In this document: one piece after another, positions 1-9,105 of the stretch
How the letters are laid out: every line of letters starts with the position of its first letter
Position numbering within the stretch: position 1 is the first letter of the stretch
Assembly: GCA_964408485.1 (NCBI GenBank)
Contig: CAYOZJ010000004.1
Span: forward strand, 8,685 to 72,684
Direction of reading: 5' to 3'
Length of the DNA: 64,000 bases
DNA from: an uncultured Gammaproteobacteria bacterium
GTDB taxonomy: Bacteria; Patescibacteriota; Microgenomatia; Levybacterales; UBA12049
The notes under the pieces: model-generated
Told to the model about the DNA's origin: nothing
What the model saw: only the letters and a program-made list of their open reading frames with translations
Databases searched by the model: none
Position numbers and translations under genes: made by a program

Positions 1-1
1 C

Positions 2-571
2 ACTGAAATAAGACAATACTTATCTGATTTACCTTTGGAATTTGTTTCACTTAAAGATGTTGGGATAACACAAGAGGTGGAAGAAGACACTAATACGTAT
101 GAAGGAAATTCTCAGAAAAAAGCATGGGAGTATTCACGTCTTTCAGGACTACCTGCGATAGCAGACGATGGAGGATTGGAAATTGCCGCATTAGGAGGAA
201 TGCCTGGGGTAAATGCACGATACTTTGGTGATGAAAAAGGTACAGATGAAGCAATTATTGAAAAAATGAAGCAGGTCCTTAAGGATGCGCCTGATGATAA
301 TCGAAATGTAGTATTTATTGGCGTCAATACACTTGCCTTACCAACTGGTGAATTATGGAGTACGCGCGCCGAAGTGAATTTAGAATTGGCAAAAACTCCA
401 GATCTTAAGTTTGTTACGGGATTTCCTTTTCGATCATTTTTGGTTTTGCCGGGGACAAATAAGTACTTTCATGAGTCAGAATTTACCCAAAAAGAAAGAG
501 AAGACTATAACCATAGGTATAAATCGCTCATGAAACTGAAGAAGATTATTCAGGAAAAGCTTCTTGTTTGA
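2..571 (+). CDS. rdgB: Non-canonical purine NTP pyrophosphatase (RdgB/HAM1 family), 5' end outside window
   Basis: ADDGGLEIAALGGMPGVNARY, NSQKKA and C-terminal NHR motifs; frame is open from the window edge. Confidence 0.85.
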   Translation, partial: TEIRQYLSDLPLEFVSLKDVGITQEVEEDTNTYEGNSQKKAWEYSRLSGLPAIADDGGLEIAALGGMPGVNARYFGDEKGTDEAIIEKMKQVLKDAPDDNRNVVFIGVNTLALPTGELWSTRAEVNLELAKTPDLKFVTGFPFRSFLVLPGTNKYFHESEFTQKEREDYNHRYKSLMKLKKIIQEKLLV

Positions 572-596
572 CACAAAGTCTTATTGGACGTATAAT
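568..596 (+). promoter_or_regulatory. Consensus sigma70 promoter for the serS leader
   Basis: TTGACA (568-573), 17-nt spacer, TATAAT (591-596). Confidence 0.9.
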
Positions 597-602
597 TTCT
601 TT

Positions 603-668
603 ATGACAACATACAAAAGTTCTTCCTCTAGCACTAAGAAGAGTGTGGCTGGGGATGATTGCATATAA
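603..668 (+). CDS. Ser-rich leader peptide MTTYKSSSSSTKKSVAGDDCI (putative serS attenuator peptide)
   Basis: ATG 6 nt after the -10 box; five consecutive Ser codons AGT TCT TCC TCT AGC; directly upstream of terminator and serS. Confidence 0.8.
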   Translation: MTTYKSSSSSTKKSVAGDDCI

Positions 669-687
669 AAAGAAATAAAAGCAAAGT

Positions 688-710
688 ACCCCGCCAAGGC
701 GGGGTTTTTT
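688..710 (+). terminator. Intrinsic terminator of the serS attenuator
   Basis: ACCCCGCC-AA-GGCGGGGT followed by a T run. Confidence 0.85.
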
Positions 711-764
711 AATGGCATTTCGTTGCAGAAAGAGAGAATAGATGATATTCTCAAAATAATTACT

Positions 765-2021
765 ATGATTGATATAAAGTTATTACGAGAGGATCCAAAT
801 TATTTTAAAAAATCAGCAGAAGCAAAAGGCGTTACAGTTAACATTGATCACATATTAGAGATAGACGAAGAGTACAAGAAGCTTTCTCAAATCGTTCAGA
901 CAATTCGAGAAGAAAGGAACGTGCTTATTTCTGCAATGAAAGGTAAGCCGGAGCCTGCGCAAATTGAGAAAGGGAAAGAACTTAAGGAAAAGTTGGAAAA
1001 AGAAGATCATGCCCTCACAGCAGTGTATGAAGAGCTGCAGCGTGAGCTACGAAAAATTCCTAATCCAATCAAGCCGGATGTAAAAATCGGAAAAGATGAA
1101 TCAGAAAATGAAGTAGTGAAGAAAGTTGGGACACCAAGAGAATTTAGTTTTACTCCCAAAGATCATCTGCAGCTTGGTGAATCACTCGATATTATAGACG
1201 TTAGTATTGCTGCAGAGATAAGTGGAGCGCGATTTGGATATTTAAAAAATGATGGAGCACTTCTGGAATTTGCGCTCAAGCAATTAGCATTTGATGTACT
1301 TTTACAGGAAGGATTTGCACCAGTTATTCCCCCTGTCCTTATTCGCAAAGAAATTATGGACGATTTAGGGTATACCGCAATGGGAGAGGATGAAAATATT
1401 TATGAAATTGCGAAGGACAACTTATATCTCGTTGGTACATCAGAGCAATCAATTGTTCCAATGTATAAAGACAGAACATTGCAAAAATCGGAATTACCGA
1501 AGCGTTTTGTTGGATTTTCGACATGTTTTAGACGAGAAGCGGGAAGTTATGGAAAAGATACTAAAGGAATTTTTCGCGTGCATCAATTTGATAAGGTAGA
1601 AATGGTAAGTTTTGTTGAAGAAGGAAAAGACGACGAAGAACATAAGTACCTTTTGTCGCTTGAGGAAAAGTTTTTCCAATTACTGGAGATTCCTTATCAA
1701 GTAGTTGCTATTTGTAGTGGTGATTTAGGATTTAATGCAGCACGAAAATACGATATAGAAGCATGGATTCCCTCACAAAATACGTATCGAGAAGTTACAT
1801 CGACATCAACAGTTACAGATTTTCAATCCCGGGGACTTAATATGCGGTATCTTGATGGGAGTGAAAAGAAATATCTTCATGTGTTAAATGGTACTGCATT
1901 TTCTATGACGCGCCCAATTATTGCAATTTTAGAAAACTATCAACAAGAAGATGGTTCGATTATTGTTCCAAAAGTACTACAAAAGTATTTAGGAAAAGAA
2001 AAAATTGCTCCTCAAAAATAA
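765..2021 (+). CDS. serS: Serine--tRNA ligase
   Basis: MIDIK N-terminus, GTSE, FRREAG, VHQFDKVE, LNGTA class II motifs; start moved to ATG 765. Confidence 0.97.
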   Translation: MIDIKLLREDPNYFKKSAEAKGVTVNIDHILEIDEEYKKLSQIVQTIREERNVLISAMKGKPEPAQIEKGKELKEKLEKEDHALTAVYEELQRELRKIPNPIKPDVKIGKDESENEVVKKVGTPREFSFTPKDHLQLGESLDIIDVSIAAEISGARFGYLKNDGALLEFALKQLAFDVLLQEGFAPVIPPVLIRKEIMDDLGYTAMGEDENIYEIAKDNLYLVGTSEQSIVPMYKDRTLQKSELPKRFVGFSTCFRREAGSYGKDTKGIFRVHQFDKVEMVSFVEEGKDDEEHKYLLSLEEKFFQLLEIPYQVVAICSGDLGFNAARKYDIEAWIPSQNTYREVTSTSTVTDFQSRGLNMRYLDGSEKKYLHVLNGTAFSMTRPIIAILENYQQEDGSIIVPKVLQKYLGKEKIAPQK

Positions 2022-2267
2022 ATTCCTCATTATATTGTTATTATTTTTCACAAAAATATACATCTAAATGTGTTATATGTTTTATTATTGTTGTTTTTAG
2101 TTATTATCATTTTGATGTGTTTAATTTTTCCTTCCGTACCAATCTAATCGAATTGTTTTGAAGCTAACAAAAACTATTGACAAAATAATAAAAATCTTTC
2201 ACGATGAATGTATCTTAATTCTGCCCAAATAAATTTTGTTGGGAGACAAAAAAAGGAGGTGAGTTAC

Positions 2268-2339
2268 ATGCCAGTAAAGAAAAGAAAAGTTGCAAAGAAA
2301 AAAGTTGCAGCAAAGCGAAAGACAAAGAAAAGAAAATAG
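2268..2339 (+). CDS. 23-aa Lys/Arg-rich peptide MPVKKRKVAKKKVAAKRKTKKRK
   Basis: Strong SD AGGAGGTGA before ATG; upstream TTGACA at 2177; downstream terminator. Confidence 0.7.
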   Translation: MPVKKRKVAKKKVAAKRKTKKRK

Positions 2340-2388
2340 TTTTTTGTTTTGATCTTTGTGAGATCAATACCAATTGATCGATTGGTAC

Positions 2389-2422
2389 ATCCCCCGTCAG
2401 CAATGATGGGGGATTACTTTTT
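2389..2422 (+). terminator. Intrinsic terminator
   Basis: ATCCCCCGTCA-GCAA-TGATGGGGGAT followed by a T-rich tail. Confidence 0.75.
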
Positions 2423-2452
2423 ATCTCCGTTGAAATATGTTAGAATAATAAT

Positions 2453-2581
2453 GGTAGTAATTCGGGGGTCCTGCCAGGAATTCATTCCCGCAGATGCTCA
2501 CAAGGTGGTTCCAGTAGGTACCAATTGTTCCGCGTCAGCGGGATCCCTTTCTTCCTGTCACCCCTACATAATACTTACTAC
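2453..2581 (+). ncRNA. Candidate rod-shaped structured RNA upstream of secA, family unknown
   Basis: Nested stems GTAGTAA/TTACTAC, GGGGT/ACCCC, CAGGAA/TTCCTG, TCCCGC/GCGGGA, GATGC/GCGTC; TAGAAT -10 at 2441-2446. Confidence 0.5.
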
Positions 2582-2601
2582 ATACTACGTAATACATATT
2601 T

Positions 2602-5283
2602 ATGGTTTTTTCACTTCTCTCTAAATTATTTGACTCTAACGAAAAAGAAATTCAAAAACTTCAACCAATTGTTGATGAGATTACTAATCTGGAACCTAAA
2701 ATGCAAAAACTCAAAACAGAAGATTTTGCTAAGAAAACAGAAGAATTTAAAAAACGGATTGCAAAAGGGGAATCACTTGACGATTTGTTGCCCGAGGCGT
2801 TTGCGCTGACTAGAGAAGCTGCGAAAAGAAGTATTGGACAGCGCCACTTTGATGTGCAGCTTATGGCAGCAATTACACTTTCTCTTGGAAAGATTGCTGA
2901 GCAAAAAACAGGAGAAGGAAAAACATTATCTGCTGTGCCTGCGCTCTATCTTCATGCGCTAACAGGAAAGAATGTTCATTTAGTAACAGTCAATGATTAT
3001 TTGGCCAGGCGAGACGCAGGGTGGATGGGACCTGTCTTTCATCTTCTTGGAATTCGTGTGAGTGCAATTATTGGAGAAAAATCCTTTATCTACGATCCTA
3101 AGTTTACTAATAGTGCTGCAGGTGACTCTCGATTACTTCATTTAAAAGAAATTAGTCGTCAAGAGGCGTACAAAGCAGATATTGTGTATGGAATTAATTC
3201 TGAATTTGGTTTTGATTATCTTCGTGACAATATGGCGCAGGATGTAAATCAGTTAGTACAACGGGGATATTATTTTGCCATTGTTGATGAAGTTGATTCG
3301 GTTCTTATCGATGAAGCACGAACACCACATATTATTTCTGCTCCTGAGGCAGAGCCAACACAAAAATACTATGAATATGCAAAAATTGTTGAGAAATTAA
3401 ATTCCGAGACAGATTACAAAATAGACGAAAAGCTAAAAACAGTCCATCTTACCGAGCATGGCCTTGCAAAAATTGAAAAATTGTATGGTATTGCAAATAT
3501 TTATGAAAAAGATTTTGATACGGTATACCACTTAGAGGCAGCACTCAAAGCCAAAACACTTTTCCACCGCGAAAAAGATTACATTGTTAGGGACAACGAA
3601 GTTATTTTAGTGGATGAGTTTACCGGACGTCTTATGGTCGGAAGACGTCTTTCTGAAGGATTACATCAGGCAATAGAAGCAAAAGAAAATGTTCCAATTC
3701 AAAGGGAGTCCAAAACACTTGCAACTGTTTCTTTGCAGAATTATTTCAGAATGTATGAAAGACTAGCTGGTATGACTGGTACAGCAGTTACTGAGGCGGA
3801 AGAGTTTCATAAAATCTACAAATTAGATGTTATTGTTATTCCAACAAATAATCCAATTGCAAGAAAAGACTATGCAGACGCAGTATATAAAACAACTCCA
3901 GCAAAGATAACAGCAGTGGTAGAGGAAATTGCTCGTGTCCATGCAACAGGACAGCCAATTCTTGTAGGTACGACCTCCATTGATAAAAATGAAATTCTTT
4001 CACAGCTTTTAACTCGCAAAGGCATAAAACATGATGTGTTAAATGCAAAAAATCATCTGAAAGAAGCAGAGATTATTGCGAAAGCAGGAGAAAAGGGTGC
4101 TGTGACTGTTGCAACCAATATGGCAGGACGAGGAGTAGATATTGTTTTGGGCGGTTCTCCAGAGGAGAATGTGAAAGCCAAAAAAGAATGGGAAAAGAAG
4201 AATGCAGAAGTAAAGTCTCTTGGAGGACTTTATATTATTGGTACGGAAAGACACGAGTCACGCCGTATTGATAATCAGTTACGAGGACGAGCTGGGCGTC
4301 AGGGGGATCCCGGAACAAGTAAATTCTTTGTTGCTTTAGATGACGAAATAATGCGGCTTTTTGGTGGAGATACTATTGCAGGGCTTATGACGCGGTTTAA
4401 TATGCCCGATGATATGCCACTAGAGCATCCGTTGGTAAGTAGGGCAATAGAGCAAGCACAAGTAAAGGTAGAAGGGTTTAACTTTGATAGTCGTAAACAT
4501 TTAGTTGAGTATGACGATGTTTTGAATAAACAGCGAGAGATTATCTATGCACTTCGTAGAAAGGCCCTAGAGCAATCAGGAGATCCCTTAAAGGATGAAA
4601 TACTTGCAAAACTGGACAATGCACTTGCATCAATTGTTGCAATGTCTGAGACAAGTACTGTTGCGTCAGGAAAATCAGGAAATGAAATTATTCTTGAAGA
4701 ATTTACTGCAATAATTCCTTTCGACGAAGCGTCTCGCGAGCAGCTTCTTGCACAGTTGCAGCAGTTACAAAATCCTCAGGCAAAAACAGAATTTTTAAGT
4801 ACATTAGCTCACGATCTCTATACCAACAGAACAAAAGAGTTGGGAGAAGACCTGATGCGTCAAATTGAAAAATATGTAGTTCTTTCTGTTGTAGATGCGT
4901 TGTGGGTAGATCATTTAGATGCTGTTGACAATTTGAGACAGGGAATTGGTCTTCGGGGATATGGGCAAAGAGATCCACTCGTTGAATATAAGAATGAAGC
5001 ATTTCGTATGTTTGAGCAACTTGTTGCTGCGCTTGATAATGAAATAGTCCATAGGATATTCCGAGTTAATGTGCAGCCTGCGCCTGAGCACGAGCATGTA
5101 CACATAGATACTAATGTTGCTGCGGTAACCATGGGGCAAGAGAGTTCTAGCGTCATTGCGAAGAGTGAAACGACGCGGCAATCTAAATCTATAGATAAAA
5201 CTAAATTAGGACGCAATGATCCGTGTTGGTGTGGATCTGGGAAAAAATGGAAGAAATGTCACTATCCACAATTACCAAACTAA
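2602..5283 (+). CDS. secA: Preprotein translocase ATPase SecA
   Basis: TGEGKT, DEVDS, TNMAGRG, QLRGRAGRQGDPG, C-terminal SEC-C (GRNDPCWCGSGKKWKKCH). Confidence 0.98.
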   Translation: MVFSLLSKLFDSNEKEIQKLQPIVDEITNLEPKMQKLKTEDFAKKTEEFKKRIAKGESLDDLLPEAFALTREAAKRSIGQRHFDVQLMAAITLSLGKIAEQKTGEGKTLSAVPALYLHALTGKNVHLVTVNDYLARRDAGWMGPVFHLLGIRVSAIIGEKSFIYDPKFTNSAAGDSRLLHLKEISRQEAYKADIVYGINSEFGFDYLRDNMAQDVNQLVQRGYYFAIVDEVDSVLIDEARTPHIISAPEAEPTQKYYEYAKIVEKLNSETDYKIDEKLKTVHLTEHGLAKIEKLYGIANIYEKDFDTVYHLEAALKAKTLFHREKDYIVRDNEVILVDEFTGRLMVGRRLSEGLHQAIEAKENVPIQRESKTLATVSLQNYFRMYERLAGMTGTAVTEAEEFHKIYKLDVIVIPTNNPIARKDYADAVYKTTPAKITAVVEEIARVHATGQPILVGTTSIDKNEILSQLLTRKGIKHDVLNAKNHLKEAEIIAKAGEKGAVTVATNMAGRGVDIVLGGSPEENVKAKKEWEKKNAEVKSLGGLYIIGTERHESRRIDNQLRGRAGRQGDPGTSKFFVALDDEIMRLFGGDTIAGLMTRFNMPDDMPLEHPLVSRAIEQAQVKVEGFNFDSRKHLVEYDDVLNKQREIIYALRRKALEQSGDPLKDEILAKLDNALASIVAMSETSTVASGKSGNEIILEEFTAIIPFDEASREQLLAQLQQLQNPQAKTEFLSTLAHDLYTNRTKELGEDLMRQIEKYVVLSVVDALWVDHLDAVDNLRQGIGLRGYGQRDPLVEYKNEAFRMFEQLVAALDNEIVHRIFRVNVQPAPEHEHVHIDTNVAAVTMGQESSSVIAKSETTRQSKSIDKTKLGRNDPCWCGSGKKWKKCHYPQLPN

Positions 5284-5284
5284 G

Positions 5285-7729
5285 CTATAAATCAAATCGT
5301 TTATAGAACCACAGTTTCTCCAGTTCGACGAAAAGCAAATATAACCCAACTTCTCCAAAGACAATGATAAGAAAAAGAATAGGAAGTTTGGTAAATTCAA
5401 ACACTGAGCGAATTGGTAGGAAAAGGAAAAGAAATCCTGCAACAATTGTTAGCAATGCGCTGATAACAAGTGGAATACCAGGTTTGCTCTTAAAAAATGG
5501 TACAACCTGAGTCCTGATGGCAAAAACAATAATTGTTTCCGTAACTATTGACTCAATAAACCATCCTGTTCTAAAAACTTCTGCTGTTGCATGAAATCCA
5601 AATAGAAGAATTGCAAAAGTGAGCAAGTCAAACAGCGAACTCATTGGAGCAAAAACAATCAAAAAGCGTTTCAGAAAATTCATATTCCATTCTCTTGGTT
5701 TGAGGATAAGATGTTTGTCTACATTGTCATTGGGAACAGTAATTTGTGACACATCATACAAAAAATTGATAAGAAGTATTTGGATGGGGAGAAGAGGGAG
5801 AAATGGTAAGAAAATAGACGCAACTGCAACAGTCATCATGTTGCCAAAGTTGCTCGACAAACTCATCATGATATATTTAAAGCTATTGGCATAGGTTTTT
5901 CTTCCCTCCACAATCCCATGTGTTATTGCAAGTAAGCTTTTTCGCATTAAGATAATATCTGCAACTTCCTTTGCAATGTCAGATCCATTATTTACGGATA
6001 TTCCAACATCAGCCGATTTTAGAGGAGGTGCATCATTAATGCCGTCTCCAAGATATCCTACAACATGCTTTCTCTTTCGAAGTGCTTTTATAATTTGTGA
6101 TTTTTGTTCAGGGGTAAGATGAGAAAAAATAGATATTTTCTCGACCTGGTTTTCCAATTCTTCTGTGGAGATGTTTGTAATTTGCTCGCCTGTTAATGAT
6201 GCATCAGCAGGAATACTTGCTTCCTCGCATACTTTTCTTGTTACGGCGTCGTTATCGCCTGTTAAGATTTTTATATCTACACCCAGTTTATAAAGTTCAG
6301 TAATCGTTTCCCGTACGCCAATTTTTACTGGATCGTGAAAAGTAATAAACCCAGCATAAATGAGGTCTTTTTCATCAGCAGGATCATAGGAGTTTTTCTT
6401 CTGTATTGTTTTGTATGCAACAGCAATAAGTCTATCTCCAGAATTATTTATTTTTTCTATTTTTTTAATGATTGCATCTTTATGTACCGTTGTCATTGTA
6501 TGAGTTTTATTTCCAATATAGTGACAATGATCTAAAATATTTTTTGCAGCACCTTTTGTGATAAGAAGCACTTGTTTATCTTTTTCAACAATTGCACTCA
6601 CTCTCTTTCTATCAAAATCGAAGGGGATCTCATCAATCTTTTTGTATGAAGCGATATCAATTGCCTTAGAAAAATCCAAAAGCGAAATATCAATAGGATT
6701 TTTAAAACCTGACTGGAAATGTGCATTTACTTTTGCGAGTGCCAAAATATTTTCATCCTTTTCTCCACTGCTGTTTTCAAAATTGTTTACTGTTATAACA
6801 CTTTCTGTTAATGTTCCTGTTTTGTCCGTACATAAAATATCCATGCTTCCTAAATTTTGGATGCTTGGTAAATACTTAACAATAACATCATGCTTGTCCA
6901 TCCGTATTGCGCCGTTAGAAAGTGTGACTGTTATGACAAGAGGCATAAGATCTGGGGTTAATCCTACAGCAAGTGCGACAGTAAACAGTAAGGAAAGTAA
7001 AAAATCATGATGGAGTAATACGTTGATTCCAAAGACAAAGAGACTTAAGGCTAAGACAAGCCACAAGATAAGAATACTAAATGATCGAATACCCCTGTCA
7101 AAGGAGGTTGCAGGTTTTTCGATAACGATTGTTTGGGAAAGAAGTCCTATTTTTGTTTTCTTGCCAATGGCAATAACTTTCCCTATGCCCTCTCCCGTTA
7201 CTACTTGCGTTCCTGCAAAAGCTTGCATTTGCGTCCCTTTATTTTTTGTATCTTTTTTCTCAGGATATGATTCACCGGTAAGCGTTGATTGATTAATAGA
7301 TAATTCTTTTGTTTCCAGAAGTTCAAGGTCTGCAGGAACAATATCGCCAACAGATAGAAAAACAATGTCACCAATTGTTACTTCAGAAAATGGAATTTCA
7401 CTATGTTTTCCGTCTCGAATAACTGATGCCTGAAGAAGTACCTTCTTTTTTAATGCCTCTGCTGCATGATCGGCTTTAAAGTGTTGGAAAAAAGTAATAC
7501 ATCCACTTGCAACAACAATAAAAAAAATAATTGCAAAATCAATGCGGTTACCAAGAAAAAGCGAAATAAAACTGGCGAAAAGCAAAATCGCTGTCAAAGG
7601 GCCAAAGAAACTGTTCCACAGTTGTTTGAGTATATAGAATCTGCTTCTCCCAGCAAGGGTATTAGTGCCATATTGCTTCAGTCGTTGAATTGCTTCTTTT
7701 TCCGATAGCCCTGTTATTTTTTCGTCCAT
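5285..7729 (-). CDS. mgtA: Magnesium-translocating P-type ATPase
   Basis: TGES, DKTGTLT, GDGINDAP, FRTGWFIES motifs; start moved to ATG 7729. Confidence 0.88.
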   Translation of the reverse strand: MDEKITGLSEKEAIQRLKQYGTNTLAGRSRFYILKQLWNSFFGPLTAILLFASFISLFLGNRIDFAIIFFIVVASGCITFFQHFKADHAAEALKKKVLLQASVIRDGKHSEIPFSEVTIGDIVFLSVGDIVPADLELLETKELSINQSTLTGESYPEKKDTKNKGTQMQAFAGTQVVTGEGIGKVIAIGKKTKIGLLSQTIVIEKPATSFDRGIRSFSILILWLVLALSLFVFGINVLLHHDFLLSLLFTVALAVGLTPDLMPLVITVTLSNGAIRMDKHDVIVKYLPSIQNLGSMDILCTDKTGTLTESVITVNNFENSSGEKDENILALAKVNAHFQSGFKNPIDISLLDFSKAIDIASYKKIDEIPFDFDRKRVSAIVEKDKQVLLITKGAAKNILDHCHYIGNKTHTMTTVHKDAIIKKIEKINNSGDRLIAVAYKTIQKKNSYDPADEKDLIYAGFITFHDPVKIGVRETITELYKLGVDIKILTGDNDAVTRKVCEEASIPADASLTGEQITNISTEELENQVEKISIFSHLTPEQKSQIIKALRKRKHVVGYLGDGINDAPPLKSADVGISVNNGSDIAKEVADIILMRKSLLAITHGIVEGRKTYANSFKYIMMSLSSNFGNMMTVAVASIFLPFLPLLPIQILLINFLYDVSQITVPNDNVDKHLILKPREWNMNFLKRFLIVFAPMSSLFDLLTFAILLFGFHATAEVFRTGWFIESIVTETIIVFAIRTQVVPFFKSKPGIPLVISALLTIVAGFLFLFLPIRSVFEFTKLPILFLIIVFGEVGLYLLFVELEKLWFYKRFDL

Positions 7730-7769
7730 ACTAGTAGTATAGGTGGAGAATTGGGTATTGACCAGCGGT

Positions 7770-8759
7770 TTAGGAAGCAATCGTTGAGCGTACTTTCTTG
7801 AGTTTTGCTACAAAAAAACCTTCCATATTTTTACTTGGATAAATTCGAAGTGTCTTGGAAAGCCGGGGATCAAATAGTCTATTTTTGTATTTCGTTAACC
7901 CAGTATTGTGCTCCAAGCCTTCGATATGAATATCCTCAACTTCTAATGCGTCACCCTCTTTTTTAAGAATCCAATTAACTACTTCTTCATTTTCTTCAGG
8001 TGAAAGCGTACAAGTGGAATAGACAATTGTTCCGCCGACTCGTGTTGCACTTACTGCAGATCGAAGAAGCCATTTTTGCATTTCTGAGAGCATTTTCACT
8101 TTTCCTGGTGTCCAGTCTTTGTATGTTTTGGGATCTTCGGTATAAAATCTTCCTTCCATACTGCAGGGTACATCTACCAAGACTCTGTCAAAGTATTCTG
8201 GATATTTTTTCCATAAAAATTCTCCGGGCAAATTGAGAATCTGTGTATTAGTTACTCCTTGAAGTTGTATATTAGCTGACAGTCTAAAATTGCGTATTCT
8301 GGATTTATCATTGGCAATAAGAATTCCTTTATTGTGCATGAGGGCTGCAATTTGCGTTGTTTTGCTTCCTGGAGCTGCTGTTGCATCCAAAACAATGTCG
8401 TCCTCTTGTGGATCTAGTACAAGTGGGGGAATCATGCTGGAAAGACTTTGGATATACAGACACCCTTCTTTATAGAATGTGGTTTCTGCAAGTGTTTTTT
8501 GAGGTACGTTTTGCAGAATAAATGCGTCTTTGTACCAACTAACGCGTTTTGTCTCTATTCCAAGATCTAATAATTTCTTTTCCAGCTGGTCTGCCGAGAT
8601 TTTTATCGTGTTAGCGCGAAAGGTAGAGGGCTTGCGGGTAGTAAATGATTCTAAGACTTCCTGTTTTTCACTTGCCTTGCCGGCAGGCAGGTCTTCAGGT
8701 AAAAAACTATCTAGTTTTTCTAAGAATTTTTCAGGAAGCACGTCCCAAGGTTGATTCAT
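7770..8759 (-). CDS. RsmB/NOP2-family RNA m5C methyltransferase
   Basis: DATAAPGSKT, DVPCS, YSTCT motifs; start ATG 8759 after TATAAT. Confidence 0.9.
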   Translation of the reverse strand: MNQPWDVLPEKFLEKLDSFLPEDLPAGKASEKQEVLESFTTRKPSTFRANTIKISADQLEKKLLDLGIETKRVSWYKDAFILQNVPQKTLAETTFYKEGCLYIQSLSSMIPPLVLDPQEDDIVLDATAAPGSKTTQIAALMHNKGILIANDKSRIRNFRLSANIQLQGVTNTQILNLPGEFLWKKYPEYFDRVLVDVPCSMEGRFYTEDPKTYKDWTPGKVKMLSEMQKWLLRSAVSATRVGGTIVYSTCTLSPEENEEVVNWILKKEGDALEVEDIHIEGLEHNTGLTKYKNRLFDPRLSKTLRIYPSKNMEGFFVAKLKKVRSTIAS

Positions 8760-8783
8760 TTGATGATTATAGCACGAAGCAGT

Positions 8784-8918
8784 CAACAGTCTACCCAATT
8801 TCAGGTGACGCTCACAATCAAGTTCGCTAAGTGAAATTTGATTACCAGCTAAAAATAAACCGTATACACTTTCTGCAATCAAATTCCAATTCACCTGAGA
8901 ATTGGGAATAGCCTGCTG
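8784..8918. repeat. ~135-bp structured element with imperfect terminal inverted repeats, copy 1
   Basis: AGTCTACCCAATTTCAGG...TCACCTGAGAATTGGGA; second copy at 29656-29793. Confidence 0.8.
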
Positions 8919-9005
8919 CCTACTCACAAAACAGCAGAACAATGAGCATACATAACTTCACCCATTTCGATATTTGAATTTGGGGTTTGATTAAAAATTT
9001 CAAAT

Positions 9006-9070
9006 CGCCGCTTCGGGGAAGCTGACACCTCGGGGAGGATAATCCCGAGTCGGGAAGTACCCTTGGGGTA
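9006..9070 (+). repeat. 65-bp modular hairpin cassette (modules A-B-D-E)
   Basis: Identical reverse-complement copy at 16789-16853. Confidence 0.9.
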
Positions 9071-9105
9071 AGAAATTTAAAATTCCACTATGATATAGTG
9101 GATAT

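Noticed and set aside
597-765. T-box riboswitch upstream of serS
   Set aside because: No AAGGTGGTACC-like T-box and the leader is short; the Ser leader peptide explains it better
2022-2170. Very AT-rich gap as replication origin
   Set aside because: No DnaA-box cluster seen and no dnaA nearby
2464-2564. Firm call as SRP 4.5S RNA
   Set aside because: Lacks the conserved helix-8 motif and GNRA loop; kept only as an unknown structured RNA
8760-8942. N-terminal extensions in the ORF track (also 55435-55515, 62703-62912, 16901-16957)
   Set aside because: They run through repeats, promoters or gltX; downstream ATGs with -10 boxes fit better
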